Of a stretch of DNA of 64,000 nucleotides, positions 48,723 through 56,469 are shown piece after piece. The DNA is from Betaproteobacteria bacterium UBA2592. Lineage in GTDB: Bacteria; Pseudomonadota; Gammaproteobacteria; Burkholderiales; Rhodocyclaceae. Below the pieces are notes generated by a model, which was given only the letters and a program-made list of their open reading frames with translations, did no database searches and was not told the DNA's origin. Position numbers and translations under genes: made by a program. Where the stretch lies: the NCBI GenBank assembly GCA_002340095.1, contig DDKS01000067.1, positions 831-64,830 on the forward strand, given 5' to 3'. Numbering within the stretch: position 1 is the first letter of the stretch; each line of letters starts with the position of its first letter.

Positions 48723-50669
48723 TCATCCTGCCTGGAAATCCAGCCGCAGCTTCTGCTGCAGCTTCCTCGCCTGGCGGAAGGCTTCCTTGAGGATGCGCCG
48801 GTCCAGTTCATTGAGGCGATCCGGGTAGATCAGGTTGTGCCCCTGCCCCCCCTCCACGCCGTCGAGCTGCTGCTGGCGCAGGCGCAGGAGCTGGATGTAG
48901 TTGAAGGCCTCGATGATGCCGCCCATCTCCTCCTCGTTGAAGGAAAGCCGGGCCGCCGCCTGACGCAGGCGCAGTACCGTGTTGGTCTGATAGACACCGG
49001 CAGCGAGGGCGTAGATGCGGGCCCCATCCACGAACAGGCGGGCACCGTATTTTTTCAGGTCGATGGCGCCCGGATGGTCGGCTTCCAGATCGGTGACAAA
49101 ATCGCGGATCATCCCCAGGGGCGGATGCACGGACAGGGCATTGACCGTCATGGCGCGCAGGAAGATCGGGCTTTCCGCCGCATGGGCGAGCAGCATGTGG
49201 CGCAACCGGCTGGCCAGATGGGTCTGGCCATAGAGGGGGCGGAAATCGAAGAAGATGGAAGCGTTGAGCAGGGCCTCCGGCTGGGGCCGGCGCATCCATT
49301 CGGCAAACAGCTCCTGCCATTCCTCCAGGGTCAGGCACCACTGGGGATTGCTGGCCATGATGTTGCCCTTGCACAAGGGAAAGCCGCAGCGATCCAGATC
49401 CGCATTCACGGCCCGGGCAAATTCGAGCAGGCGCATCTTCAGCATTTCCCGGTCGCTGAAGTCGTCGCAGACGAAGATGATGCCGTTGTCCTGGTCAGTA
49501 CTGAAAGTCTGCTCGTCTCGGCCCTCGGAACCAAAGGCCAGCCAGCACCAGTCGATGCCGTAGAGGTCGTGGTGATCCAGATTCAGTTCGAGGATGCGGC
49601 GGGTGAGTGCGTCATTGAGGGTGGAAATGAACTGGGTGAGCTGCTCGGCCCCCACCCCCTGGGCCAACATGTTGAAGGCCAGCTTGCGGATGTCCCGGGC
49701 CGCCTGCTGCAGCGCTTCCACATCGGGAGCCCGCTCGATGGCCTGACGGATCTGGGTGAGGCCGATGCGCTGCAGGGCAAACAGATCCCGCTCCGAAACC
49801 ACGCCGCACAGGCGCCCTTCGCCGTCGACGACCAGCACATGGCGGATGCCCCGGCTGGCCATGGCCAGCATCGCATCGTAGGCACTGGCATGCTCCCCGA
49901 GGCAGCAGGGGTCGGGAGTCATCACCTGGGCGGTGGGCACATCCAGGGAAGTACCCGCCAGCACCACCCGGTCGAGCAGGTCCGCCCGGGTCAGGATGCC
50001 CACGGGCCGGTGCGCCTCGTCCACCACGGCGACGGACCCCACATGGCTGCGGGACATGGTCTCCAGCGCCTGGCGCAGGGGAGTGTCGCGGCCCACCTGG
50101 ACCGGATCGCGCGAACCGACCTGGGCCAGCGGCGAATTGAGGGTCTGCTGGTCACTGGCCTGCTGGGCGAACAGGAGCTGCAACTGCTGGCGCGACTGGT
50201 TGAGCAAGGTGGCGATGTAGCGGGTGCAGAAGGCATTGAACTCTGGGCTCATCTCCATCAAGTCGAGCACATCGTCGGCCTGCAGCACAAAGCAGTAAAC
50301 ATCGGTGGCTGCCACATAGCGGTTGGTGGAAGGCCGCTGGGCCGTCACCGCGCCGAGGGGAAAACATTCCCCCACCCCCAGGGCCAGCACCGCGTGGCCG
50401 GCCAGCCCCGTCTCCCCCGCATCCAGGGACTGTACCTTACCCTGCTCGATGATGTAGAGATTCCGGGCCACGCCCTCCCCCGGACCGGTGATTTCGGCCC
50501 CCCTGGGGTAGAAGACGGAGGCGGCCCGCTCGGCCAGATAGTCCAGCGCCCGGGTTTCCATGCGCTGGAATGGCAGATGACGTTTCAGGAAACCCTGGGT
50601 GATCCTGGCCACCCTTTGTTGTCCCTGAACACCGGGCCCTGCCACCGGGCCCTGCTGTTCCCCGATCAA
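48723..50669 (-). CDS. cNMP-binding / tandem CBS / DUF294 nucleotidyltransferase signalling protein
   Basis: N-terminal CAP-effector-like domain (LYIIEQGKV...GECFPLGA), two CBS modules (GSVAVVDEAHRPVGILTRADLL; RHVLVVDGEGRLCGVVSERDLF), and the pol-beta NTase motif LAFGSEGRDEQTFSTDQDNGIIF. TTG 50669 is preceded by AGGAGA. Confidence 0.85.
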   Translation of the reverse strand: MIGEQQGPVAGPGVQGQQRVARITQGFLKRHLPFQRMETRALDYLAERAASVFYPRGAEITGPGEGVARNLYIIEQGKVQSLDAGETGLAGHAVLALGVGECFPLGAVTAQRPSTNRYVAATDVYCFVLQADDVLDLMEMSPEFNAFCTRYIATLLNQSRQQLQLLFAQQASDQQTLNSPLAQVGSRDPVQVGRDTPLRQALETMSRSHVGSVAVVDEAHRPVGILTRADLLDRVVLAGTSLDVPTAQVMTPDPCCLGEHASAYDAMLAMASRGIRHVLVVDGEGRLCGVVSERDLFALQRIGLTQIRQAIERAPDVEALQQAARDIRKLAFNMLAQGVGAEQLTQFISTLNDALTRRILELNLDHHDLYGIDWCWLAFGSEGRDEQTFSTDQDNGIIFVCDDFSDREMLKMRLLEFARAVNADLDRCGFPLCKGNIMASNPQWCLTLEEWQELFAEWMRRPQPEALLNASIFFDFRPLYGQTHLASRLRHMLLAHAAESPIFLRAMTVNALSVHPPLGMIRDFVTDLEADHPGAIDLKKYGARLFVDGARIYALAAGVYQTNTVLRLRQAAARLSFNEEEMGGIIEAFNYIQLLRLRQQQLDGVEGGQGHNLIYPDRLNELDRRILKEAFRQARKLQQKLRLDFQAG

Positions 50670-50762
50670 GACGATTCTCCTGGTGAATTAAAGCGTTGGG
50701 GCTTGCATTTTATGTGCTGGCGGCCCAGGCGGGCAGATGCTCACCCGCACCGGGGCCGCGCG

Positions 50763-52934
50763 TCAGTACTTGACCCGGGCAAAATAGGTCTTCTGGGAAG
50801 CCTCCAGGGCCTGGCGCAGGGTGTGGATGCCCTTTTCCGCCAGCAGCGGGATCATCTTCAGGAAGACCTCGCCGGTGGCATAGGCATCTCCGAGCGCGTT
50901 GTGACGGCCGATGATCGGGACGCCCAGGCGCTCGGCGATCACGTCGAGCTTGTGGGATTCCTGATTCGGGTGGATGACGGCGGAGAGCAGCAGGGTGTCG
51001 AGCACCGGCTGGGAAAACTTAAGGCCGGTGCGCTCTTCCTTGAGCTGCAAGAAGCGCATGTCGAAGGCGGCGTTATGGGCCACCAGCACGGTTTCGCTGC
51101 AAAAGGCATGGAACGCGGGGAGGACCACATCGATGCTGGGCTTGCCGCGCAACATCTCCTCGGTGATGCCGTGGATGGGAATGCCCTCGGGTCGCAACGG
51201 ACGCTGGGGATCCACGAGCTGGTCAAAAGACTCCTGACGCAGTAGGCGACCGTTTACGATACGCACGGCCCCGATCTGGATGATTTCATCGCCATTGGCA
51301 GGCTCCAGCCCGGTGGTCTCGGTATCGAAGACCGTGTAGGCCATTTCCATCAGGTTGCGGTCCAGGTCCACCCCGGTGTCCTGGAAGTTGAACAGGTCAA
51401 AGTCGTAATATTCGGGACGGCCCTGCTGGGCGCCGGCAGGCAGCTCCGGCACCTCCTGGACGGCCTGGGCCAGAGGCAACACAAAGCGGAAATAGGCCCG
51501 GTGCGCCGCCTTCTCCCGCTGGTACCAGATCTCCCCGCCGTGCCGGTCGAGCACTTCACGCAGGGACACGGGTGCGCTTTCGCGGCCCACCTGCATGTTC
51601 TCCTGCTCCCAGCTGTAGAAGGTTTCGGAGGACATGGCATGGCCGGACCAGATCAGGTCCAGATAGGCCAGCTTCCCCTCGGACAGCCCCCGGAAGCGCA
51701 ACTCGCGGATTTCGTAGTGGTCGGCCAGCCGGCCGGCCAGGAAGGTGATGGCGAAGATCAGGGAAAAGCTGTCGGCCCGGACCCAGAGGTTGTCCTCGAT
51801 GCCCTCGATCTTGCTCGACAGCTTGAAGAGCTCGTCGATGCGCCGCTGGGCCGCCTTGATCAGATCCTCCGCCGACACATCCTCCAGCGGCCAGCGGGTC
51901 TTGGTGGCATCGGCAAAGCGCTGGGCCGTCCCCTCCAGCTGCCGGCTCATGCGCCCCACTTCCTCGGCCACCACCTGGATGAAGCGTTCGCGCTCCTGCA
52001 TGTCCATGTCGGGATAATCCTGCAGGGTTTCGACGGCGGCCCGGATATTGCCGATGGCGGCCCGGTTACCCTGGGTCAGTTCCAGAAGTGCCTGGTTGCG
52101 GGCATTTTCCTGTTCCAGGCTGCGGGTGATGTTTTCCACGGTGAGCACATAACCGGTCATGGGGCGAGGTCCGGCTTCGGCCTCCCCGGGAGCCAGCACC
52201 GGCACCATCTGCACGCGCAGGAACTGGCCGCTCGCAGTGGTGGTGATGAAGTGGGCCACATTGGCAGGCAGTCCGCGTTCGAGCCGCTGGCGGATGGTTT
52301 CCTCGGCATGGGCCAGGCGGCTCCGGTCGATGATAGAGAAGATGGAGCGTCCCAGCCCGATCAGGGCACCGGAGGCCACCGAGGTCGGCCCCTGGGCCAG
52401 GGTGTGAAATTCCAGGCGGGCCCGGTTGTTGTAGAGCAGGATACGACCATCCAGATTGCACACCACCACGGCCTGGGCCAATTCCGACATGAGGGCGGCG
52501 AGGCGGTTCTTTTCCTCCTCCACCGAGGCCTTGGCCCGGGCGATCTGAGCCTCCACGTCGGCCATCAGCTCGTCCCGCTGCTGGGCCAGGTCGTTGATGG
52601 CCCGGGCCACCAGCTGCACCTCGGGCGGACCATCCTCGGCAGTGACACGGAAATTGCGGTTGGCCCCAAGCATCAGGCGCAGGTGCTCGGCCATGCGCAG
52701 CAGGCCCTGGACATACTGGCGAAAGAGGGTGCGCACCACCGCCAGACCCAGGCCAAACCCCAGGGCGGTGAGCAGAGTGCCCATGGGCAGGTGGGGCACG
52801 ATCAGCTCCTTGAGCTGGGTCCGCTGGTCGGGAGTCATTTCCATCCACACCAGGGTGGAAGTGGCCAGGAAGGGCCCCGTAACCAGGGCGCCCAGCACCA
52901 GAATCGCCAGGATGAATCGATAGCGGGCCTGCAT
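50763..52934 (-). CDS. Membrane HAMP-PAS-pseudo-histidine-kinase fused to a DEDDh 3'-5' exonuclease domain
   Basis: 2 TM segments, a HAMP-like linker, and PAS (AVVVCNLDGRILLYNNRA). The DHp-like helix LTQGNRAAIGNIRAAVETL has Gln where the neighbouring kinase has His (VTHELRTPLTSIRAFSELL). The CA-like domain lacks N/G1/G2 boxes. The C-terminal exonuclease has intact FDTETTGL, HNAAFD and HNALGD motifs. Confidence 0.85.
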   Translation of the reverse strand: MQARYRFILAILVLGALVTGPFLATSTLVWMEMTPDQRTQLKELIVPHLPMGTLLTALGFGLGLAVVRTLFRQYVQGLLRMAEHLRLMLGANRNFRVTAEDGPPEVQLVARAINDLAQQRDELMADVEAQIARAKASVEEEKNRLAALMSELAQAVVVCNLDGRILLYNNRARLEFHTLAQGPTSVASGALIGLGRSIFSIIDRSRLAHAEETIRQRLERGLPANVAHFITTTASGQFLRVQMVPVLAPGEAEAGPRPMTGYVLTVENITRSLEQENARNQALLELTQGNRAAIGNIRAAVETLQDYPDMDMQERERFIQVVAEEVGRMSRQLEGTAQRFADATKTRWPLEDVSAEDLIKAAQRRIDELFKLSSKIEGIEDNLWVRADSFSLIFAITFLAGRLADHYEIRELRFRGLSEGKLAYLDLIWSGHAMSSETFYSWEQENMQVGRESAPVSLREVLDRHGGEIWYQREKAAHRAYFRFVLPLAQAVQEVPELPAGAQQGRPEYYDFDLFNFQDTGVDLDRNLMEMAYTVFDTETTGLEPANGDEIIQIGAVRIVNGRLLRQESFDQLVDPQRPLRPEGIPIHGITEEMLRGKPSIDVVLPAFHAFCSETVLVAHNAAFDMRFLQLKEERTGLKFSQPVLDTLLLSAVIHPNQESHKLDVIAERLGVPIIGRHNALGDAYATGEVFLKMIPLLAEKGIHTLRQALEASQKTYFARVKY

Positions 52935-52937
52935 GAC

Positions 52938-53309
52938 TCAGCCCCCCGCCAGGAGCTGTTTGATCTGTGCCACCAACTCCTTGTTGGAGAAGGGTTTTGT
53001 CACGTAGGCATCGGCCCCGAGGCCCAGTCCCTTCGCGACTTCCGTGTCCCTGCCCTTGGCGGTGAGCATGACGATTTTCATGGCGCTGCGGGCCGGATCG
53101 GCCCGCAGGATCTCGCACACCTCGTAACCGGACTTCTTCGGCATCATCACGTCCAGCAGCACCAAATCCGGGGCAAAAGCCTGAACCTGCTCCAGGGCTG
53201 CGTCCCCGTCGGCCGCCACAGCCACCTGGAAGCCCTCCCGCTTCATGAGGAATTCCAGGGACAAGACGATGTTCGGTTCATCATCGACGATCAGGATCTT
53301 GTGGGTCAT
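52938..53309 (-). CDS. Single-domain response regulator (CheY-like, no output domain)
   Basis: MTHKILIVDDEPN...DLVLLDVMMPKKSG...VMLTAKG...AYVTKPF. All phospho-acceptor pocket residues are present. GGGAGGAGAG precedes ATG 53309. Overlaps the kinase 3' end by 29 nt. Confidence 0.9.
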   Translation of the reverse strand: MTHKILIVDDEPNIVLSLEFLMKREGFQVAVAADGDAALEQVQAFAPDLVLLDVMMPKKSGYEVCEILRADPARSAMKIVMLTAKGRDTEVAKGLGLGADAYVTKPFSNKELVAQIKQLLAGG

Positions 53310-56034
53310 GGGGTCTCTCCTCCCGTTGTTCTGTTTTCGTTCCATCCTTTTTCCGGGGCAGCTCGAAGATGAAGACCGCTCCCTGGCCAAGCTCGCTTTC
53401 CACCCACAAGCGCCCCCCGAAATATTCGACGATCTGCCGGCTGATGGGCAGTCCCAGGCCAGTGCCCTTGGGCTTGTCCGTCAGGGTGTTGCCGCCCTGG
53501 CGGAAACGCTCGAAGATGAATTCCTTTTCCTCGGGTCCGATGCCCGGCCCGTTGTCACGGACGGAAACCCGCACCCGGTCAGCGGTGCATTCCAGGGTCA
53601 CTGTCACCTGCCCGGCACCGGCCGGCACAAACTTCACAGCGTTGGAAAGCAGGTTGATCATCACCTGGGTGAGCCGGTCCTGATCCGCCATCACCAGCAC
53701 CGGCTGGTCTGGGCAATCCAGCCGCAGCGCCACGGCTTTGTCCCGGAACAACTGCTCCATGGCGGTGGCCGCATGCCGGATCAGGGCGGGCAGATCGACC
53801 TGGCTGGCCGTCCAGTCGGCCCGTCCGGATTCGAGCTTGGCCAGATCGAGGATCTGATTGATCAGCCGGGTCAGGCGCTCGGTCTCCGTCACGATGATAC
53901 CGAGAAAACGCTGACGGTCCACCACCTCCATCCCCGGATCATCGGCCAACAATTCGGAAAAGGCCCGGATGGACGTCAGGGGAGTACGCAGCTCGTGGGT
54001 GACGGTGGAAACGAAATCATCCTTGAGCCGGTCCAGCTCCCGCAGCTGGGCGTTGGCGGCACGCAATTCCCGGGTGGCGGCCTCCAGCTCCCGGGACTTC
54101 TTCTCCAGTTCGCGGCTGTAGGCGCGGATCTGGGAGGCCTCGTCGAGGATGTTGAGCACTTCGTCCAGATCCAACGCTTCTTCCTCCACCACCGAAGCCA
54201 GCACCACCCGGGCGCTGGCAGAACCAATGGCACCGGCCAGCTGGGCTTCGGCAAAGCGCACCAGTTCGGCATCCACCTCGCGGTTTTCCAGCTGAGTCAG
54301 CCCCCGCTTGCGGGCATAGGACTGCAGCTGCTGCCGGGCCCGCTCTGGCCCCAGGAAGCGTTCGAGCAGCCCGGCCAGGGCCTGGTAGGAAGCACGGCCG
54401 CGCCAGAGCAGCCGGCTGGCCTGGGTGACGCGGCGCTGAAACACATCCACGAACAGGTTGGCCTGGCCAGCCTCCACGGCATCGGGACGAACGGTCAGGG
54501 AAACCAGCACGTACAGGCCCAGGTTGAAGAACAGGCTCCAGAAGAGGCAGTGGGAAATTTCGTCAAACCCCTCGAGACCAAACAGGGCATGGGCCCGGAG
54601 CCACTCGATGCCCCACAGGCCCTGGCTGACGAAATCGCCGGAAATCCAGCCCGACTTGGCGAAGGAAGGCAGCAGCAGGGTATAGCCCCAGATCAGGAAA
54701 CCGGCGAGCAGGCCGGCCAGGGCCCCGGCCCGGTTGCCCTGCTTCCAGTACATGCCGCCGAACAGGGCGGGGGCGAACTGGGCCACGGCGGAGAAGGAGA
54801 TCAGGCCAATGCCCACCAGGGCGTGGGCTTCGCCGGCCGCGCGGAAATAAATGTAGCCCAGGAGCAGAATGAGGGCGATGGCAACCCGGCGGATGTTGAG
54901 CAGCAGACGCGACAGGTCTGAACGCTGCTCCAGGCCCAGGGCCCGCACCCGCAGCAGGGCGGGCATGACCAGATCGTTACAGACCATGGTGGACAGGGCG
55001 ATGGTCTCGACGATCACCATGCCCGTGGCCGCCGAAAGGCCGCCAATGAAGGCCAGCAGGGCCAGGGATTCCCGGCCCTGGGAGAGGGGCAGACTGAGGA
55101 CAAAGGTGTCGCCGTTGCCGGGCATCCCCTGCAGCAGACCGGCCAGGGCGATGGGCAGGACAAAGATGTTGATGAGCAGCAGATAGAGGGGAAAGAGCCA
55201 GACCGACCGACGCAAGTGCCCTTCGTCCACATTCTCCACCACCATGATCTGGAACTGGCGCGGCAGAAGGATGATGGCCAGCGCCGACAGCAACACGAGT
55301 GACGTCCAGCTCGCCAGGCTGGGCTCCAGCCCCAGCAGCCGGGACAGTTCCGGCACGGCCGCCGCTCGGGCAAAGATGTCACCAAACCCATCGTACAAGA
55401 CGAAGGTAACAAACATCCCCACGGCCAGGAAGGCTAGCAGCTTGACGAGGGACTCGAAAGCAATGGCCGCCACCATACCCTCGTGCCGCTCGGTGGCATC
55501 CAGGTGCCGGGTGCCGAACAGGATGGTGAACGCAGCCAGGGCAATGGCGATCACCGCCGTGGTATCCAGTCCCAACAGCGAGACTCCTTGCCCATGCGGG
55601 AAAAGAACTTGCAGACTCGAGGCAATCGCTTTGAGCTGCAAGGCGATGTAAGGCACGATGCCGATCACGGCAATCACGGTTACAAGGCCGGCCAAAGATT
55701 GGCATTTGCCATAACGGGCTGCGATGAAGTCAGCAATGGAGGTGAGGCGTTCCCGCTTGCTGATGCGGATGATCTTCAAGATCACCGGCACGAGCATGAG
55801 CATGAGGGTAGGCCCGAGATAGATGGTAAGAAAGCCCAGCCCACCGGATGCAGCCCGGCCTACGCTGCCGTAAAAGGTCCACGAAGTGCAGTAAACCGCC
55901 AGGGACAAAGCATAGACATTTGCGGTAATGATCGACCGTCCCTGATCGGCACGTCGGTCGCCAAAGCGGGCAATGGCGAACAGCAGGAGCAGGTAGCCCA
56001 CCGCCAGAAGGAAGACGGCCCAGGGACTCATCAC
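53281..56034 (-). CDS. Sodium/solute-symporter-fused sensor histidine kinase (CrbS/CbrA/MxtR-like architecture, non-hybrid)
   Basis: An N-terminal SSS-like domain of about 500 aa (many TM), a STAC-like linker, a coiled coil, the H-box STVTHELRTPLTSI, and HATPase motifs NLLSNAVKF, RDNGPGI, GTGLGLPI. No receiver domain. Start is GTG 56034 or ATG 56031. Confidence 0.9.
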   Translation of the reverse strand: MMSPWAVFLLAVGYLLLLFAIARFGDRRADQGRSIITANVYALSLAVYCTSWTFYGSVGRAASGGLGFLTIYLGPTLMLMLVPVILKIIRISKRERLTSIADFIAARYGKCQSLAGLVTVIAVIGIVPYIALQLKAIASSLQVLFPHGQGVSLLGLDTTAVIAIALAAFTILFGTRHLDATERHEGMVAAIAFESLVKLLAFLAVGMFVTFVLYDGFGDIFARAAAVPELSRLLGLEPSLASWTSLVLLSALAIILLPRQFQIMVVENVDEGHLRRSVWLFPLYLLLINIFVLPIALAGLLQGMPGNGDTFVLSLPLSQGRESLALLAFIGGLSAATGMVIVETIALSTMVCNDLVMPALLRVRALGLEQRSDLSRLLLNIRRVAIALILLLGYIYFRAAGEAHALVGIGLISFSAVAQFAPALFGGMYWKQGNRAGALAGLLAGFLIWGYTLLLPSFAKSGWISGDFVSQGLWGIEWLRAHALFGLEGFDEISHCLFWSLFFNLGLYVLVSLTVRPDAVEAGQANLFVDVFQRRVTQASRLLWRGRASYQALAGLLERFLGPERARQQLQSYARKRGLTQLENREVDAELVRFAEAQLAGAIGSASARVVLASVVEEEALDLDEVLNILDEASQIRAYSRELEKKSRELEAATRELRAANAQLRELDRLKDDFVSTVTHELRTPLTSIRAFSELLADDPGMEVVDRQRFLGIIVTETERLTRLINQILDLAKLESGRADWTASQVDLPALIRHAATAMEQLFRDKAVALRLDCPDQPVLVMADQDRLTQVMINLLSNAVKFVPAGAGQVTVTLECTADRVRVSVRDNGPGIGPEEKEFIFERFRQGGNTLTDKPKGTGLGLPISRQIVEYFGGRLWVESELGQGAVFIFELPRKKDGTKTEQREERPHDPQDPDRR

Positions 56035-56040
56035 GGCGGC

Positions 56041-56229
56041 TCAACCCCGGGGGCCTTCGGACACCCAGGCCGCCAGGGCGATGAGAATCGCCCAGGCTCC
56101 GAACAGATAAAGGCCGGGCCCCGCCCCGCCATCCCCCGCCTGGACATGCAACATTGGAGGATTGAAAAGCACCAGGCCGAGAAGGGCCAGGGCCACCAGG
56201 CGCTGCCGTTCGATGTTGAATCGCCCCAT
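56041..56229 (-). CDS. 62-aa two-TM protein upstream of the symporter-kinase
   Basis: MGRFNIERQRLVALALLGLVLFNPPMLHVQAGDGGAGPGLYLFGAWAILIALAAWVSEGPRG. GAAGGA sits 6 nt before ATG 56229. Its stop lies 6 nt before the kinase start. The longer track ORF start (56325) is less plausible. Confidence 0.55.
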   Translation of the reverse strand: MGRFNIERQRLVALALLGLVLFNPPMLHVQAGDGGAGPGLYLFGAWAILIALAAWVSEGPRG

Positions 56230-56438
56230 CAGTTTCCTTCCCGGAAAATACAGACGAAAACGGCCGACGCACGCATGCGCCGGCCGCTTCGGGCGCCACG
56301 CAGGGCGTGGCCGCCATTGGGACACCCGGACTGCTGATAGGTGCCCATGTCTCTCTCCTGCCTCCTTATCAGTGTGTTTCAGACGGGCATGGGCAGAATG
56401 CCCGCCTGGAATCCGCTTCCCGGCGCGGAGCCGGGGAA

Positions 56439-56466
56439 GCTTCCGGGATCCATGGACCCCGGAAGC
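56439..56466 (-). terminator. Hairpin immediately after acs (possible terminator/processing site)
   Basis: GCTTCCGGG...CCCGGAAGC, a 9-bp stem around a 10-nt palindromic loop, 3 nt after the acs stop. No clean U-tract. A second bulged hairpin follows at about 56416-56439. Confidence 0.4.
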
Positions 56467-56469
56467 GGG

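Noticed and set aside
46692-51245. A 1517-aa open reading frame on the plus strand spanning 4.5 kb
   Set aside because: It runs antisense to four minus-strand genes that have strong motif-level identities (symporter, pseudo-exonuclease, DUF294 protein, exonuclease fusion), and it crosses their intergenic gaps. Its translation is Gly/Ala/His/Gln/Leu-rich with no recognisable motif. This is a typical stop-poor shadow frame in high-GC DNA.
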